The notes below the pieces were generated by a model. That model saw nothing but the letters and a program-made list of their open reading frames with translations. It made no database searches and was not told where the DNA came from. A stretch of DNA of 62,938 nt, the filler included, from Thraustochytrium aureum (lineage: Eukaryota), in assembly GCA_012862495.1 (NCBI GenBank). It is 7 parts of 3 records of this genome, joined end to end, with 100 filler letters (N's around TTAATTAATTAA, not from the genome) between each part and the next. Parts side by side here need not be neighbours in the genome. Positions count along the whole stretch, not along the records: positions 29,847 to 40,555 come from BLSG01000132.1; positions 40,656 to 48,142 come from BLSG01000132.1; 5 more parts are not named here. One strand, 5' to 3'. The position numbers and the translations under genes were made by a program. Shown here one piece after another: positions 35,048 through 47,002 of the stretch (within the stretch, counting starts at the first letter, position 1; every line of letters begins with the position of its first letter).

Positions 35048-36237
35048 NNNNNNNNNNNNNNNNNNNNNNNNNNNNNNNNNNNNNNNNNNNNNNNNNNNNN
35101 NNNNNNNNNNNNNNNNNNNNNNNNNNNNNNNNNNNNNNNNNNNNNNNNNNNNNNNNNNNNNNNNNNNNNNNNNNNNNNNNNNNNNNNNNNNNNNNNNNNN
35201 NNNNNNNNNNNNNNNNNNNNNNNNNNNNNNNNNNNNNNNNNNNNNNNNNNNNNNNNNNNNNNNNNNNNNNNNNNNNNNNNNNNNNNNNNNNNNNNNNNNN
35301 NNNNNNNNNNNNNNNNNNNNNNNNNNNNNNNNNNNNNNNNNNNNNNNNNNNNNNNNNNNNNNNNNNNNNNNNNNNNNNNNNNNNNNNNNNNNNNNNNNNN
35401 NNNNNNNNNNNNNNNNNNNNNNNNNNNNNNNNNNNNNNNNNNNNNNNNNNNNNNNNNNNNNNNNNNNNNNNNNNNNNNNNNNNNNNNNNNNNNNNNNNNN
35501 NNNNNNNNNNNNNNNNNNNNNNNNNNNNNNNNNNNNNNNNNNNNNNNNNNNNNNNNNNNNNNNNNNNNNNNNNNNNNNNNNNNNNNNNNNNNNNNNNNNN
35601 NNNNNNNNNNNNNNNNNNNNNNNNNNNNNNNNNNNNNNNNNNNNNNNNNNNNNNNNNNNNNNNNNNNNNNNNNNNNNNNNNNNNNNNNNNNNNNNNNNNN
35701 NNNNNNNNNNNNNNNNNNNNNNNNNNNNNNNNNNNNNNNNNNNNNNNNNNNNNNNNNNNNNNNNNNNNNNNNNNNNNNNNNNNNNNNNNNNNNNNNNNNN
35801 NNNNNNNNNNNNNNNNNNNNNNNNNNNNNNNNNNNNNNNNNNNNNNNNNNNNNNNNNNNNNNNNNNNNNNNNNNNNNNNNNNNNNNNNNNNNNNNNNNNN
35901 AGGTTACTACTCTCGACCTCATGGAATTGGGGCCTCGAAGTGCAACTTGGCGCGGTCGCCTGGCGCTGGCCGATGTTTGGCTCCAGCAGGACGCTAGGGC
36001 GCTGGCGGACGTCGATGTCGTCGACGTTGCCCTCCCGTTGGAGCACTGCTTTGCTCGTGCCGAGAGGCTCATGTCGTGCATCATGACGGCGATGTGCTCA
36101 TGGTTGCGGCGGCTGGGCTCGGACCATGGTCGGCGCGATGGATTGGAAGAGGGAGGGGGCTGCGGTGAAGGAAGGATCTATTGGTTGGTATTTGGCGAGC
36201 CCCTGCGCCACCTCGCATCGCATCGCGTGTGCCAGGA

Positions 36238-39200
36238 CTATGAACCGAAAAGCAGGGTGCCAGAAAAACCTTGCTCGCGTGGAGCTGCGCTAGGCTGTGC
36301 GATACCTGGCCCTGCAGTGCCATCCACGTCAACGGCAGCAGAAGCGGAGCGGCCCATATTCATGCCAGACTCGGGCATGTCCTCGAGCATGCTGATCCAG
36401 TCGGCGGCGGACGCAGGCTCGCCGCCCGCGTCGCGCCACGCGCGAAGCACAAGCGTATCGTCGGCGCGCACGCCACTCTTCTCCAGAGTCGCAGAGGTGT
36501 CCTCGAGGCAGCGCCCGTTGTGAAAGACGTGCAGGTTGGCCGGTTGGATGTCCTCGGGGAAAACGCTGCGCTGCATCAACTCGAGGATGATCATGAGCAA
36601 GGTGGAATCGCTGCTCACCGTGACGGTGGCAGTCGACCGCGCTTGCCGCGCTCTAGTAGAGCGTCGCGGTCTTGGCGCCGCCGCAGGGCTCTCTGGGGCG
36701 CCCGCAGCCGGGGCCCCGCCATTCGAAGTTGCTTGAGGCGTGCTTTCGAGTCCAGCTGGGGCTGCCGCCCCAACGGGGAGGAATACGACGGAGAGCTGGC
36801 GATTCTTGAAGAAGCGCTGCGAAATGTCGTGCTTGGCAGACTTGTCCTTCATGCAAGCCTCGCACAGTGCGGGCTCGACGCGAACAGGGACGATCGGCGG
36901 CGTGCGGTCGCCGTGCGCGACTTGGAGCGGGGCGTCCAACAGGACGCGTACGTCCGAACCCGGCACGCGGCCGCGGCTGGGTCGAGCAGACTCGCTNNNN
37001 NNNNNNNNNNNNNNNNNNNNNNNNNNNNNNNNNNNNNNNNNNNNNNNNNNNNNNNNNNNNNNNNNNNNNNNNNNNNNNNNNNNNNNNNNNNNNNNNNNNN
37101 NNNNNNNNNNNNNNNNNNNNNNNNNNNNNNNNNNNNNNNNNNNNNNNNNNNNNNNNNNNNNNNNNNNNNNNNNNNNNNNNNNNNNNNNNNNNNNNNNNNN
37201 NNNNNNNNNNNNNNNNNNNNNNNNNNNNNNNNNNNNNNNNNNNNNNNNNNNNNNNNNNNNNNNNNNNNNNNNNNNNNNNNNNNNNNNNNNNNNNNNNNNN
37301 NNNNNNNNNNNNNNNNNNNNNNNNNNNNNNNNNNNNNNNNNNNNNNNNNNNNNNNNNNNNNNNNNNNNNNNNNNNNNNNNNNNNNNNNNNNNNNNNNNNN
37401 NNNNNNNNNNNNNNNGGACGCGCTTGCGCAGGAGCACAACAGCGACGCCGCCACTGCCTCGCGCAGCGGTCCTGGCTTGACATCCGAACCCGCCTTGCCC
37501 AGATAGTCGCGCCAGATGGACATCCACGACCGCGGGACAGCAAAATAAACGCCGGGAGGCCAGGGCGCCGCTCTGCAAAGGCGGGAAGCCGCGCTTGCGC
37601 TTTTGCAAGGCGCGAAGCATAGCGCCATGGGCTTGTTTTGCAGTTGCAAGAACCTCTCCTCGCGGAGCGAGCGTTGCGCCTCCCTGGCCGACTCGGCGGC
37701 GGCCTCGCACTTGGCACAGCCCGGGTCGCTGGCCAAGAAGAGGCGCGCGCGTCCCTTGCAGGCACCGCCAAGTGCGTGCTCTACCACAAATTTCCAGTCG
37801 TCTAGGGGAATGATGCGCTTGCCCGTCTGCCCGAGCGAGAGCATGCCGTGCTCGCAGGTGATCTCCGCGTTGATGTTCTCTCCAGGAGGGCCAACCTGGT
37901 CGCCAAGCATGCGCGTGAGCGCGTTCCCGCCTTGGGGGGCTGCTCGGTCCCTTTGCCGCTCTTGCCCTTGCGCTGCCTGGCGGAGGACGCAGACGGGTCT
38001 GGCTTTGTCCGAGACTTGGCGCGGCCCTTGCGGAGCTTTTCGGAGAGCGCGGTGGCCTGCGTGGCCTTGCGTTGGTGAAACTTGCGCCATCGCGCCACCC
38101 AGGCCCGCGAGATGTAGGCAAAGCTGTCGAGCGCCTCGGGGCCGATCTTTGCGCGCGCGATTCCTTCTTGCGCGAGGCGCTCCTCGACTTTGGCCCTCGT
38201 CGCGTCCTCGTCGGTCAGCTTTCGCACACCGCTGGCGAGCTCGGCCACGCAAGCGGCGCAAGCGCGCGCGCCGCCGGGCTCGCTGGCTTGAACGACCACT
38301 TGGACCAGGTTGCTCACGTCGGCCTGCGCGGCTTTGCAGGACTCGAGGAGTTGCTCGTAGGCGTGCTCGCTGAGGAGCTTGACGCTGTGCAGGTTCGACG
38401 GGCTAATCCTCATGTCGCCCTTGTCCGGCGCGCTGTGCCTGCACAGGGCCGCCCTGGCGTCGGGCGGGTCGGCGAAAAGACGCACCGTCTTGCTGCTCTC
38501 ATCGATCGGCGGTGGGGCGGGGGCAGCTTGTGCGGAGGCGTGGTCGGCGCCGCGCTCCTTGGGCTCGTCTTTGTCGCCGTTCTGGCTTTCGTCCTCGTCC
38601 AAGATCTCGACGACGTTGGCGGAGCTGCTGCCTCTGGAGAGGTCGATCGAGGCGCTGGAGGTGCCGCTTTTCTTTGACTCTGGGAAGCCCTCGACCCAGG
38701 CACGGAGCCAGCTAGTGGGGACCCAAAACCCGCGCAGGCCTTTCCCAGATCGCCAGTATGGGGGCCGCTTTGGGTTTCGGAACACGGCGGCGTACTCGGC
38801 TTGGCGCTCAGCGATCGCAGCCTCGATGGCCTCTTTTCGCGCAGCATAAGCGCCAGCCTCGTGATCGATCGTCTCGTTGCTCTCGCTGACGATTTGAGCG
38901 AGCCGGGGCGGGAGCTCGACGGGAAAGGCGGCGTCGGCCGCCTCGACGGTGGCGAGCTCGACGCGCTGGTACACGAGCATGTAGGCGTTTCGCGAGGCTG
39001 GCCGGCTCGGCACGGCGACGTCCATCTTGGTGACGGTCTCATCGTCGAAGGACCACCAGGCGCCGTCGCGGAACCGGTCCAAGACGTCTGCGGTGTAGTG
39101 GCCCGAGTTGGCGGACTGCCCCTTGTGATTGAGCACGGCGGTGAGCGAGTACTTGAACTGGCGGGCCGGCGGGCTGGACGATTCGGCGCTCTCCGCTTCC

Positions 39201-40533
39201 GCAGCTGTCGAGCGGAGGGCCGGGCTCAGGAGGTGGCGCCAGCGCGGCTCTGCCAGGTCGAGTGCTTCAGGGATCTCGATCGCGTCCTTGAGCTTGCGCT
39301 TCGTATAGGTTTTGGCGTCATAAACGAAGCGAATCAGCTGCACGTTCAGGACGTCAGGGAGCTGGCTGATCTGGCAAGACCTTGTGGCGTCGTTTTTACT
39401 TTGGCAAGCTCCGCAGAAGAACTGATTGTGGCCCTCGAGGCGCTCTTCGGCGGCGTAGGCCACGAGCGAGTCGGCAAGGGTCTTGCAGCCGCGGATTTGG
39501 AGGTCGAGCTCGAGGAAAGAAGCACCTCGGCGAGACTCTGTCTCGCAACCCGTGCAGACGGTGACGTAGTCTTGCTGGCCCTGGAAGAGCAACAAGAGCT
39601 TGCGCAGGCGGACGTTGTCGTGCTTGGCGAGCGTCTTGTCCATGTAGCTCAACAGGAGCTTGTTGAACTCTTGCGCGTCTTGTTGCACGCCGGTGCTCAG
39701 GTTGAGCAGCTCGGCAAGGCGGTTCAGGCTGTGGCTGCGGCGGCGGCCCTCCTGGAGGTGCGCAAACACGCTTTGCAGCTCTCTCATCAGATCTGCCTGC
39801 TGCGAGGAGGCTTGGTCGTCGCCTGCGCAGCGCGGCGGCTCCCACTCGAAGACGAGACGACGCACCACCGCGTTGGCAAAAAGCGTCTGCAGGAGCGCGT
39901 TCACGTAGCACGTCGCACCGAGGTTGCGAAGCCCTGCAGGGACACCTTCAGGCCCTGGGTCACGTGTCGTCTTGGCCGGGCTGGAGCCTAACTCGGCCAA
40001 GGGCCACGGTTTTTCGGCCCACACGCCGGCCTTGCGCTCACCGAGACCGAAGAGGCAGTTCGGGTTGTTTTCGCAGTTGCCAGCGCTTGTATGGTCGCCG
40101 TACAGGCAAGGCTTCAGTGCCGTGCAAAGCGGGTCGCCCTCAATGACGCCCACGAGCTCGGCGAGCTCGCTGCCTTTCGTTGCGCCGTTTGCTGGAGCCA
40201 CGGCGCCTGCTGCTTTGCTCCGCCGCGCCTTGGGCTTGGCTGGCGTCTTTGCAGCAGGCCCGCTCTGCTCTTTGCGGGCCCTTTTCGCTTCTTGCGCGGT
40301 TCGCGCCCCTCCTCTTCGCGGCCCTGTGCTGGGCTGCTGGGCACGTGCGTTCCGGCCATTCTCGCTGTCCTAGCTCGCTTCGGCCTGGCGGGCTTGCCAA
40401 CCGATATGACGTCGTCCAGGTCCGTCACAAGGTCCATCCTCGCGCGGCAGTCCTGCGCGGCAGCGCGTTCCTCGTCTGCTTCGACGTGCAGCACCTTGCG
40501 CCGCTCGGGAACCGAGTCCCCCTCATCGCCCAT
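36238..40533 (-). CDS. USP48: Ubiquitin-specific protease USP48/UBP26-like (USP + DUSP-like + C-terminal Ubl; frameshifts and gap)
   Basis: CENNPNCLFGLGE, Cys box GLRNLGATCYVNALLQ, QQDAQEF, His box HKGQSANSGHY, FDD, AYMLVY; INAEITCEHG; Ubl-like HNGRCLEDTSATLEKSGV. Confidence 0.85.
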
Positions 40534-40555
40534 GGCTCTCGCGCACCGCGGCCCG

Positions 40556-40655
40556 NNNNNNNNNNNNNNNNNNNNNNNNNNNNNNNNNNNNNNNNNNNNT
40601 TAATTAATTAANNNNNNNNNNNNNNNNNNNNNNNNNNNNNNNNNNNNNNNNNNNN
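40556..40655. other. Artificial scaffold linker
   Basis: TTAATTAATTAA at 40600-40611. Confidence 0.97.
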
Positions 40656-40914
40656 TTGAGGATTGTGCTCCGCAAGCCAGAGAGCTTGAGTTCTGACGAG
40701 CGCGCGTCTTGATCAAGTCAATTCAACAACGGCGCTGGGCGGTGGTGGTCAGGTTTTTCATATCGAAGCGCTGGTTGATTTTTATTGTTCCTTCATCTCT
40801 CGAGCGGCGCCGCCGAGCTCGCCGCTCTGGCTGGCATCTTGCCACTCTACGCAGAGGTGCTGTCCCAGGCGCCACTCTCATCCGCGGTGAGGAGCGGCGC
40901 TCTGGAAGCGGCGC

Positions 40915-42087
40915 TCACCGGTCGATCTCTGCAAAGCACGGGTTGCCCGACTCGATCGAGGACGAGGACGAAATCGAGGCGCGCTCTGAAACCCTAGTCG
41001 ACACCGTTGAGCGGTACGAGACGTGCGCCTTGACCGGGAGGTCGAAGACCGAGTCCGGTTGCGGGCGGGTACGCGCCACGTCGCGGTACTTGCGCAGAGC
41101 GAGAAACCCGATCACCCCCGCGCCAACTGCGCCTGCTGCGGCAGCAACGGGCATCAAGTTGGACTCGGGCTCCACTTGAACCTCGGGTGGGGATTTGTTC
41201 ACGACGCACCCGCCGTTGCCCAGCTCGCACACGTTGAGCGTGTCAGCCGAGCTGTAACGCTTGCGGAACGCCTGAGCGCCGCTTAGGGCGGTGGGCTTGC
41301 CGAGCTTGTCGATGCTGCCGAGGATCTCGCGGCAGACGCTGTCCACGACCACAAAACCCGCGCAGCGCGAGCCAAGCGCGTCGCACATGGAAGCGCAATC
41401 GTCCTTGGTGTACCCGCTGTCCGAGCCAAAGACCTGGCGAGACGACGAGACCGGCACGGTCTCCTCCGGGTAGCTGAGGTATCCAAAGTACTGGATGGGG
41501 TCGGAGCAGCGGTCCTGGCGCAGGAACAGCTTGCCGGGGTACCCGATCTTCTTTCGGCTAAAGTCGTCCACCTCGCCGTAAAAGCAAGCCATGTAAGGCG
41601 GCATGTTGGGGGGCTGGAACAGGCCGACTGCGCGGCACCCGGCCAGGTCGTCGCAGCGGCGGAACGCGTCGCGCAGGGCGTCCTCCTGGTTGACCTGCAC
41701 GCACTGTTGCAGGCGGGGCAGGTCGGTGTTGATTTTGAAGGCCACCTTGGTGAAGCAGGATTTGGACACGGAGTGCGTCGGCTCGGTTTCGTTGACAGCA
41801 AGCACGCTGTCCACCATGGTGTGGACATTCACGTACGCTGCCGCGTCCGTTTCGACGCCCGCGGCGCACAGGACGTCCGGGATGTACCGGCACGGGTCGA
41901 CTTCGCTGGGCTCGCACAGCTTTTGGGTCATCGAGTAGGTGTGATCCAGCGCGAGCCCTTCAGCAAATATGAGCCCCTCGGTCCTGACGCCGCAAAGGCT
42001 CAGCAGCATGTCGGCCTCCTCTGACCGCGCCGCGGCCACGACCGTGCCGGCAGCGAGTACCACTGCCGCAGCCGCTGCCTTCATCAT
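40915..42087 (-). CDS. Cys-rich type I membrane protein with two PAN/apple-like modules
   Basis: Signal MMKAAAAAVVLAAGTVVAAA; RCDDLAGCRAV..C and DCASMCDALGSRCAGF..C; TM VAAAAGAVGAGVIGFLAL followed by RK. Confidence 0.7.
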   Translation of the reverse strand: MMKAAAAAVVLAAGTVVAAARSEEADMLLSLCGVRTEGLIFAEGLALDHTYSMTQKLCEPSEVDPCRYIPDVLCAAGVETDAAAYVNVHTMVDSVLAVNETEPTHSVSKSCFTKVAFKINTDLPRLQQCVQVNQEDALRDAFRRCDDLAGCRAVGLFQPPNMPPYMACFYGEVDDFSRKKIGYPGKLFLRQDRCSDPIQYFGYLSYPEETVPVSSSRQVFGSDSGYTKDDCASMCDALGSRCAGFVVVDSVCREILGSIDKLGKPTALSGAQAFRKRYSSADTLNVCELGNGGCVVNKSPPEVQVEPESNLMPVAAAAGAVGAGVIGFLALRKYRDVARTRPQPDSVFDLPVKAHVSYRSTVSTRVSERASISSSSSIESGNPCFAEIDR

Positions 42088-42136
42088 GGTGCCTGGCCAG
42101 CCCCAACTCGTGCAACGCCGTGCTCCTGCTCGCGCC

Positions 42137-42215
42137 CTTGCGTGGCTGCTCTGGCGTGGCCGCTCTGGCGTGGCCGCTCTGGCGTGGCCGCTCTTGCGTG
42201 GCCGCTCTTGCGTGG
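42137..42215 (+). repeat. 14-bp minisatellite, about 5.5 copies
   Basis: GCGTGGCCGCTCT(G/T) tandem, 50 bp upstream of the 42087 start. Confidence 0.9.
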
Positions 42216-43055
42216 GGCGCGTCGAGTCGAGTTTGGAATGGCTCGACCGCGGAGACTGCTGTCCGAATCGTCCTCGGAATCGAGAGGCTACCAGGAACAC
42301 CGCCAATTGATGGACAATCGAACTGATCCAGAGCTCTGCGTCATGGCCAACAAATGCACGTGGCTGGTGGCTTGCGCGCATTCTGGCAGCCGGAGCACGG
42401 GAGAGAGGTGGGCAGGCCTCTCCAGAGCTGGAGGAAGTAAGTTGAGGAGGTAGAGTATGCTCCGCTCCCTCCAGACGCAGCCTCCGAGTCAGGTAGGATG
42501 CCTTGATTGTGGCGCGGCCATTGTCGAGATTGTCCTCTCAGCTGCGTGATTGGCATCGTGGCATCATGGCTCGAGATCCACCCAACTCGAAGGAATGCAA
42601 ACGCAAGCCTGACTCGGACTCGGACGCAGGCCGAGTCGGACTCCGAGTTGGAGGAGCTGAGGAAAACCAATCAAGCAAAGCCGACAGGCTCTCACATCAG
42701 TTCAGATCGAGCAACAGACTTGGCGGATGTGCCAGCAGTGCTGGAGGTGATGGCAAGGAGGGTGATGGCACGACTGGACACGGCGCGCGATCATGACGGC
42801 CGCCGGCCAGCGATCACTCCGTCCTCCTCTCTGCCGTCAGGCGGCCAGCCGTGATCCTGCCGCTGCCTACAAACAAATCATCTTGGCGTGAAGATGCACT
42901 TGCGCCAGAAGCGCTCGCGTCGCTTTCGTTGGCCCGAAGGCAGCCGGGCGCCGCTTTGATGACCACGCATGGCCGGCCGCGCGTGCACGCGACACACAGC
43001 CGGATTTGGCACAATGCACTTTTGCATCCAGCGCACACGCCCACTACCTACGCCA

Positions 43056-43155
43056 CCCGCAAAACAGCCCCGCTCTTTTCATAGCCGACCAACGAGCTGT
43101 TCTCCGCCCGCAAAACAGCCCCTCTCTTTTCACAACCCGCAAAACAGCCCCTCTG
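43056..43155 (+). repeat. Three spaced copies of CCCGCAAAACAGCCCC
   Basis: Copies near 43056, 43107 and 43136; the first two followed by CTCTTTTCA. Confidence 0.8.
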
Positions 43156-44339
43156 TTCTGCTTATCCTGTTCGCACTGTCCGCCCTCCATTCGTCTCGTT
43201 TTTCTCTGGCGAACAAATGAACGACTCCGAGTCCCACCGAACAAATTCCCGAACGGCTTCTCTCCTTTCTCCTTGCACACCTTCCACCACCTCTCCGAAT
43301 GAAACAAAGCACACACTCACACGCTGGGATGGGATAGTAGGGGTGCCTCTCCCTGTACAACAAGCAGAGAATGGAGCAGCGTATCTTGAGTGGACGCGCT
43401 CTGAGCACGCTGTGCGGCTGGGGAGAGGGCCTTGCGCCGCGAGTTCTGCACGGATGCGCTCTTTGCTCACTCTCCCCTCTGCCCCGCTCTTGAAGGCCTT
43501 CGTCCTGTTCGTTCTGATCACAAGAGTCACAACTTTTATAGGTTTTTTGTGTTTTTTTATAGGTTTTTTTTATGTGTTTTTTTGTNNNNNNNNNNNNNNN
43601 NNNNNNNNNNNNNNNNNNNNNNNNNNNNNNNNNNNNNNNNNNNNNNNNNNNNNNNNNNNNNNNNNNNNNNNNNNNNNNNNNNNNNNNNNNNNNNNNNNNN
43701 NNNNNNNNNNNNNNNNNNNNNNNNNNNNNNNNNNNNNNNNNNNNNNNNNNNNNNNNNNNNNNNNNNNNNNNNNNNNNNNNNNNNNNNNNNNNNNNNNNNN
43801 NNNNNNNNNNNNNNNNNNNNNNNNNNNNNNNNNNNNNNNNNNNNNNNNNNNNNNNNNNNNNNNNNNNNNNNNNNNNNNNNNNNNNNNNNNNNNNNNNNNN
43901 NNNNNNNNNNNNNNNNNNNNNNNNNNNNNNNNNNNNNNNNNNNNNNNNNNNNNNNNNNNNNNNNNNNNNNNNNNNNNNNNNNNNNNNNNNNNNNNNNNNN
44001 NNNNNNNNNNNNNNNNNNNNNNNNNNNNNNNNNNNNNNNNNNNNNNNNNNNNNNNNNNNNNNNNNNNNNNNNNNNNNNNNNNNNNNNNNNNNNNNNNNNN
44101 NNNNNNNNNNNNNNNNNNNNNNNNNNNNNNNNNNNNNNNNNNNNNNNNNNNNNNNNNNNNNNNNNNNNNNNNNNNNNNNNNNNNNNNNNNNNNNNNNNNN
44201 NNNNNNNNNNNNNNNNNNNNNNNNNNNNNNNNNNNNNNNNNNNNNNNNNNNNNNNNNNNNNNNNNNNNNNNNNNNNNNNNNNNNNNNNNNNNNNNNNNNN
44301 NNNNNNNNNNNNNNNNNNNNNNNNNNNNNNNNNNNNNNN

Positions 44340-44780
44340 GCATACAGCAAGAGCACGATGCCAAAGTCCGCGACCATCCAGTCGTTCACCACCACCTCGG
44401 GGTACACAGAAGGCGACTGCGCGTCCATGTGCGACGCGCTCGCCACCTGCACCGGCTACCTCGTCAAGTTTGGCGCCTGCGTTGAGCTCGTCAGCGAGTC
44501 GGACACGACGTCCGTTTCCACCGCGGACGGCCAGTTCTTTCGCAAGCGCGTATCCTCGACCGACGAGCTAAGCGACTGCGAGCTCCTCCTCGGGGGCTGC
44601 GACGAGTCCAGCACGCAGACTGCGATTATCGTCGGCAGCGCCGTGGGAGGCGTCGCCGCGCTTCTCGCGAGCGTCGTCGTCGTTGGCATTTTCAAGCGCC
44701 GAAAGGACGTCGAGCCCGCCCTCGACGGGGACGCCGAGGAGGGCGCCTCGAAGCGTCTCTCGAACGACGTAAGGAGCTAA
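44340..44780 (+). CDS. 3' part of a paralogue of the 40915-42087 PAN-like membrane protein
   Basis: SGYTEGDCASMCDAL..FFRKRVSSTDELSDCELLLGGC matches SGYTKDDCASMCDAL..AFRKRYSSADTLNVCELGNGGC; TM then KRRK. Confidence 0.8.
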   Translation, partial: AYSKSTMPKSATIQSFTTTSGYTEGDCASMCDALATCTGYLVKFGACVELVSESDTTSVSTADGQFFRKRVSSTDELSDCELLLGGCDESSTQTAIIVGSAVGGVAALLASVVVVGIFKRRKDVEPALDGDAEEGASKRLSNDVRS

Positions 44781-45109
44781 CACCTGCCCGTCGCCGCTTG
44801 ACCGCGAGGTAGCGAGCGGAAGGTGATCCTGTTCCTCGTGAAAGAAAAGCTTGTTTCATTTGTCTTTTGAGATTGAAATTTTGGTCATTCAATGGATCGA
44901 GTCCCAGAAACCTCGGCAAGACGCAGGAACCGTCGTCCAGCACGACTGCGAGCAACGGGTCTGCGGCCTGCGAGCCAGAATCGCCCAGCAGCCCGCAGCT
45001 CTCGTCTCTCGCGGCTTGCGCGTGACGGAGGGCAGCCTCGGCTGCGATCGGCAACGCGCAGCAACTTGGCGCTGCCAGCAAGCAAGAAAGAATGGTGCGA
45101 CCGGTTTGC

Positions 45110-46069
45110 TCACATGCGCAGCACGTCCACGACGACGCCAGAGTCATCCGCGATGAGGCGGACCAGCTTGGCATGCACAATCGGCTCAGGGTCCTCGGTG
45201 GCCTTCGTGACGAGAACCTTAAAGTCAGGGTTGAGCGACTCGACCATCTGCTTGGCCTCGGCAACCGGCATCGAGGTGAGCCCGTACAGCGCCATGCCAG
45301 AGGGCAGGCGCACCTTGTCAAACCCAGTGCCGCTGTCCGGGGCGAGGTCCAGCTGGAACGGGTCCTCCACGGGCACGGGGCCCTCCGGCCCTGGGCTCGC
45401 AGTGCCGAGGCCGGCGCCGCTCGGAGCCGGTTCTGCCGCAAACGGCAGGCCCTCCAACCCCGACGCGTCAAAGGTGGGCTTTTGCGGGCTCGTCGAGCTG
45501 GTGGCGCTGTGCAAGGCCGCCTCCATCGACTTGGTCGCAGCCTGGGCAGGGTTGGGCGAGCGCGCAATGTCCTGCACCGCTTTGCCCGCCTCCGCAAAGT
45601 GCTTGGACAAACCTGAGGCGAGGTCGCGCGGATCGGGGGCGAAGCGCGGGTCGAGTCCCTTGGGCAGCAGCGGCGACACCATCGTCGCCGCGGAGGCCAC
45701 GATCGACCCAAGACCAGTAAACATGGCGGCGACCGTGTCCACAGGGATCTTGTCCTCGAGCCACTGTGCGTTGCGCACTCGCGACCGGACAAAGGCCCAA
45801 GTGTCGCAGTACCCTTCAGAGTAGTCGGTCAGCATGTAGAGCTCGGAAGCGGCGTAGATCGCACTCATGGCCACTCGCCGCTCGTTCAAGCGCATCACCC
45901 ACTCGTCGTCGACCCCGCGCCGGGCAGCCGCGCCTACTCGGCAGACGATATCCGGGATTTGCTCCAATCTCTGCAGCGTGCTGGGGAGGTTGCCAGGGTA
46001 CAGCCCGAGCGCCATGGCCTGAGGCCAGCTCCGAAGGTACGGCACGGTGTGCTCCAGCCTCTTGCAAAT
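45110..46069 (-). CDS. COQ9: Ubiquinone biosynthesis protein COQ9 (C-terminal half) with C-terminal potato-inhibitor-I-like extension
   Basis: RLEHTVPYLRSWPQAMALG..P, RVAMSAIYAASELYMLTDYSEGYCDTWAFVRSRV. Confidence 0.8.
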   Translation of the reverse strand: MCKRLEHTVPYLRSWPQAMALGLYPGNLPSTLQRLEQIPDIVCRVGAAARRGVDDEWVMRLNERRVAMSAIYAASELYMLTDYSEGYCDTWAFVRSRVRNAQWLEDKIPVDTVAAMFTGLGSIVASAATMVSPLLPKGLDPRFAPDPRDLASGLSKHFAEAGKAVQDIARSPNPAQAATKSMEAALHSATSSTSPQKPTFDASGLEGLPFAAEPAPSGAGLGTASPGPEGPVPVEDPFQLDLAPDSGTGFDKVRLPSGMALYGLTSMPVAEAKQMVESLNPDFKVLVTKATEDPEPIVHAKLVRLIADDSGVVVDVLRM

Positions 46070-47002
46070 NNNNNNNNNNNNNNNNNNNNNNNNNNNNNNN
46101 NNNNNNNNNNNNNNNNNNNNNNNNNNNNNNNNNNNNNNNNNNNNNNNNNNNNNNNNNNNNNNNNNNNNNNNNNNNNNNNNNNNNNNNNNNNNNNNNNNNN
46201 NNNNNNNNNNNNNNNNNNNNNNNNNNNNNNNNNNNNNNNNNNNNNNNNNNNNNNNNNNNNNNNNNNNNNNNNNNNNNNNNNNNNNNNNNNNNNNNNNNNN
46301 NNNNNNNNNNNNNNNNNNNNNNNNNNNNNNNNNNNNNNNNNNNNNNNNNNNNNNNNNNNNNNNNNNNNNNNNNNNNNNNNNNNNNNNNNNNNNNNNNNNN
46401 NNNNNNNNNNNNNNNNNNNNNNNNNNNNNNNNNNNNNNNNNNNNNNNNNNNNNNNNNNNNNNNNNNNNNNNNNNNNNNNNNNNNNNNNNNNNNNNNNNNN
46501 NNNNNNNNNNNNNNNNNNNNNNNNNNNNNNNNNNNNNNNNNNNNNNNNNNNNNNNNNNNNNNNNNNNNNNNNNNNNNNNNNNNNNNNNNNNNNNNNNNNN
46601 NNNNNNNNNNNNNNNNNNNNNNNNNNNNNNNNNNNNNNNNNNNNNNNNNNNNNNNNNNNNNNNNNNNNNNNNNNNNNNNNNNNNNNNNNNNNNNNNNNNN
46701 NNNNNNNNNNNNNNNNNNNNNNNNNNNNNNNNNNNNNNNNNNNNNNNNNNNNNNNNNNNNNNNNNNNNNNNNNNNNNNNNNNNNNNNNNNNNNNNNNNNN
46801 NNNNNNNNNNNNNNNNNNNNNNNNNNNNNNNNNNNNNNNNNNNNNNNNNNNNNNNNNNNNNNNNNNNNNNNNNNNNNNNNNNNNNNNNNNNNNNNNNNNN
46901 NNNNNNNNNNNNNNNNNNNNNNNNNNNNNNNNNNNNNNNNNNNNNNNNNNNNNNNNNNNNNNNNNNNNNNNNNNNNNNNNNNNNNNNNNNNNNNNNNNNN
47001 NN

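Noticed and set aside
42507..42854. ORF between the paralogous surface genes
   Set aside because: No ATG-led coherent model or recognisable domain.
43056..43155. Mini-CRISPR
   Set aside because: Repeat is only 16 bp with very unequal spacers and no cas genes.
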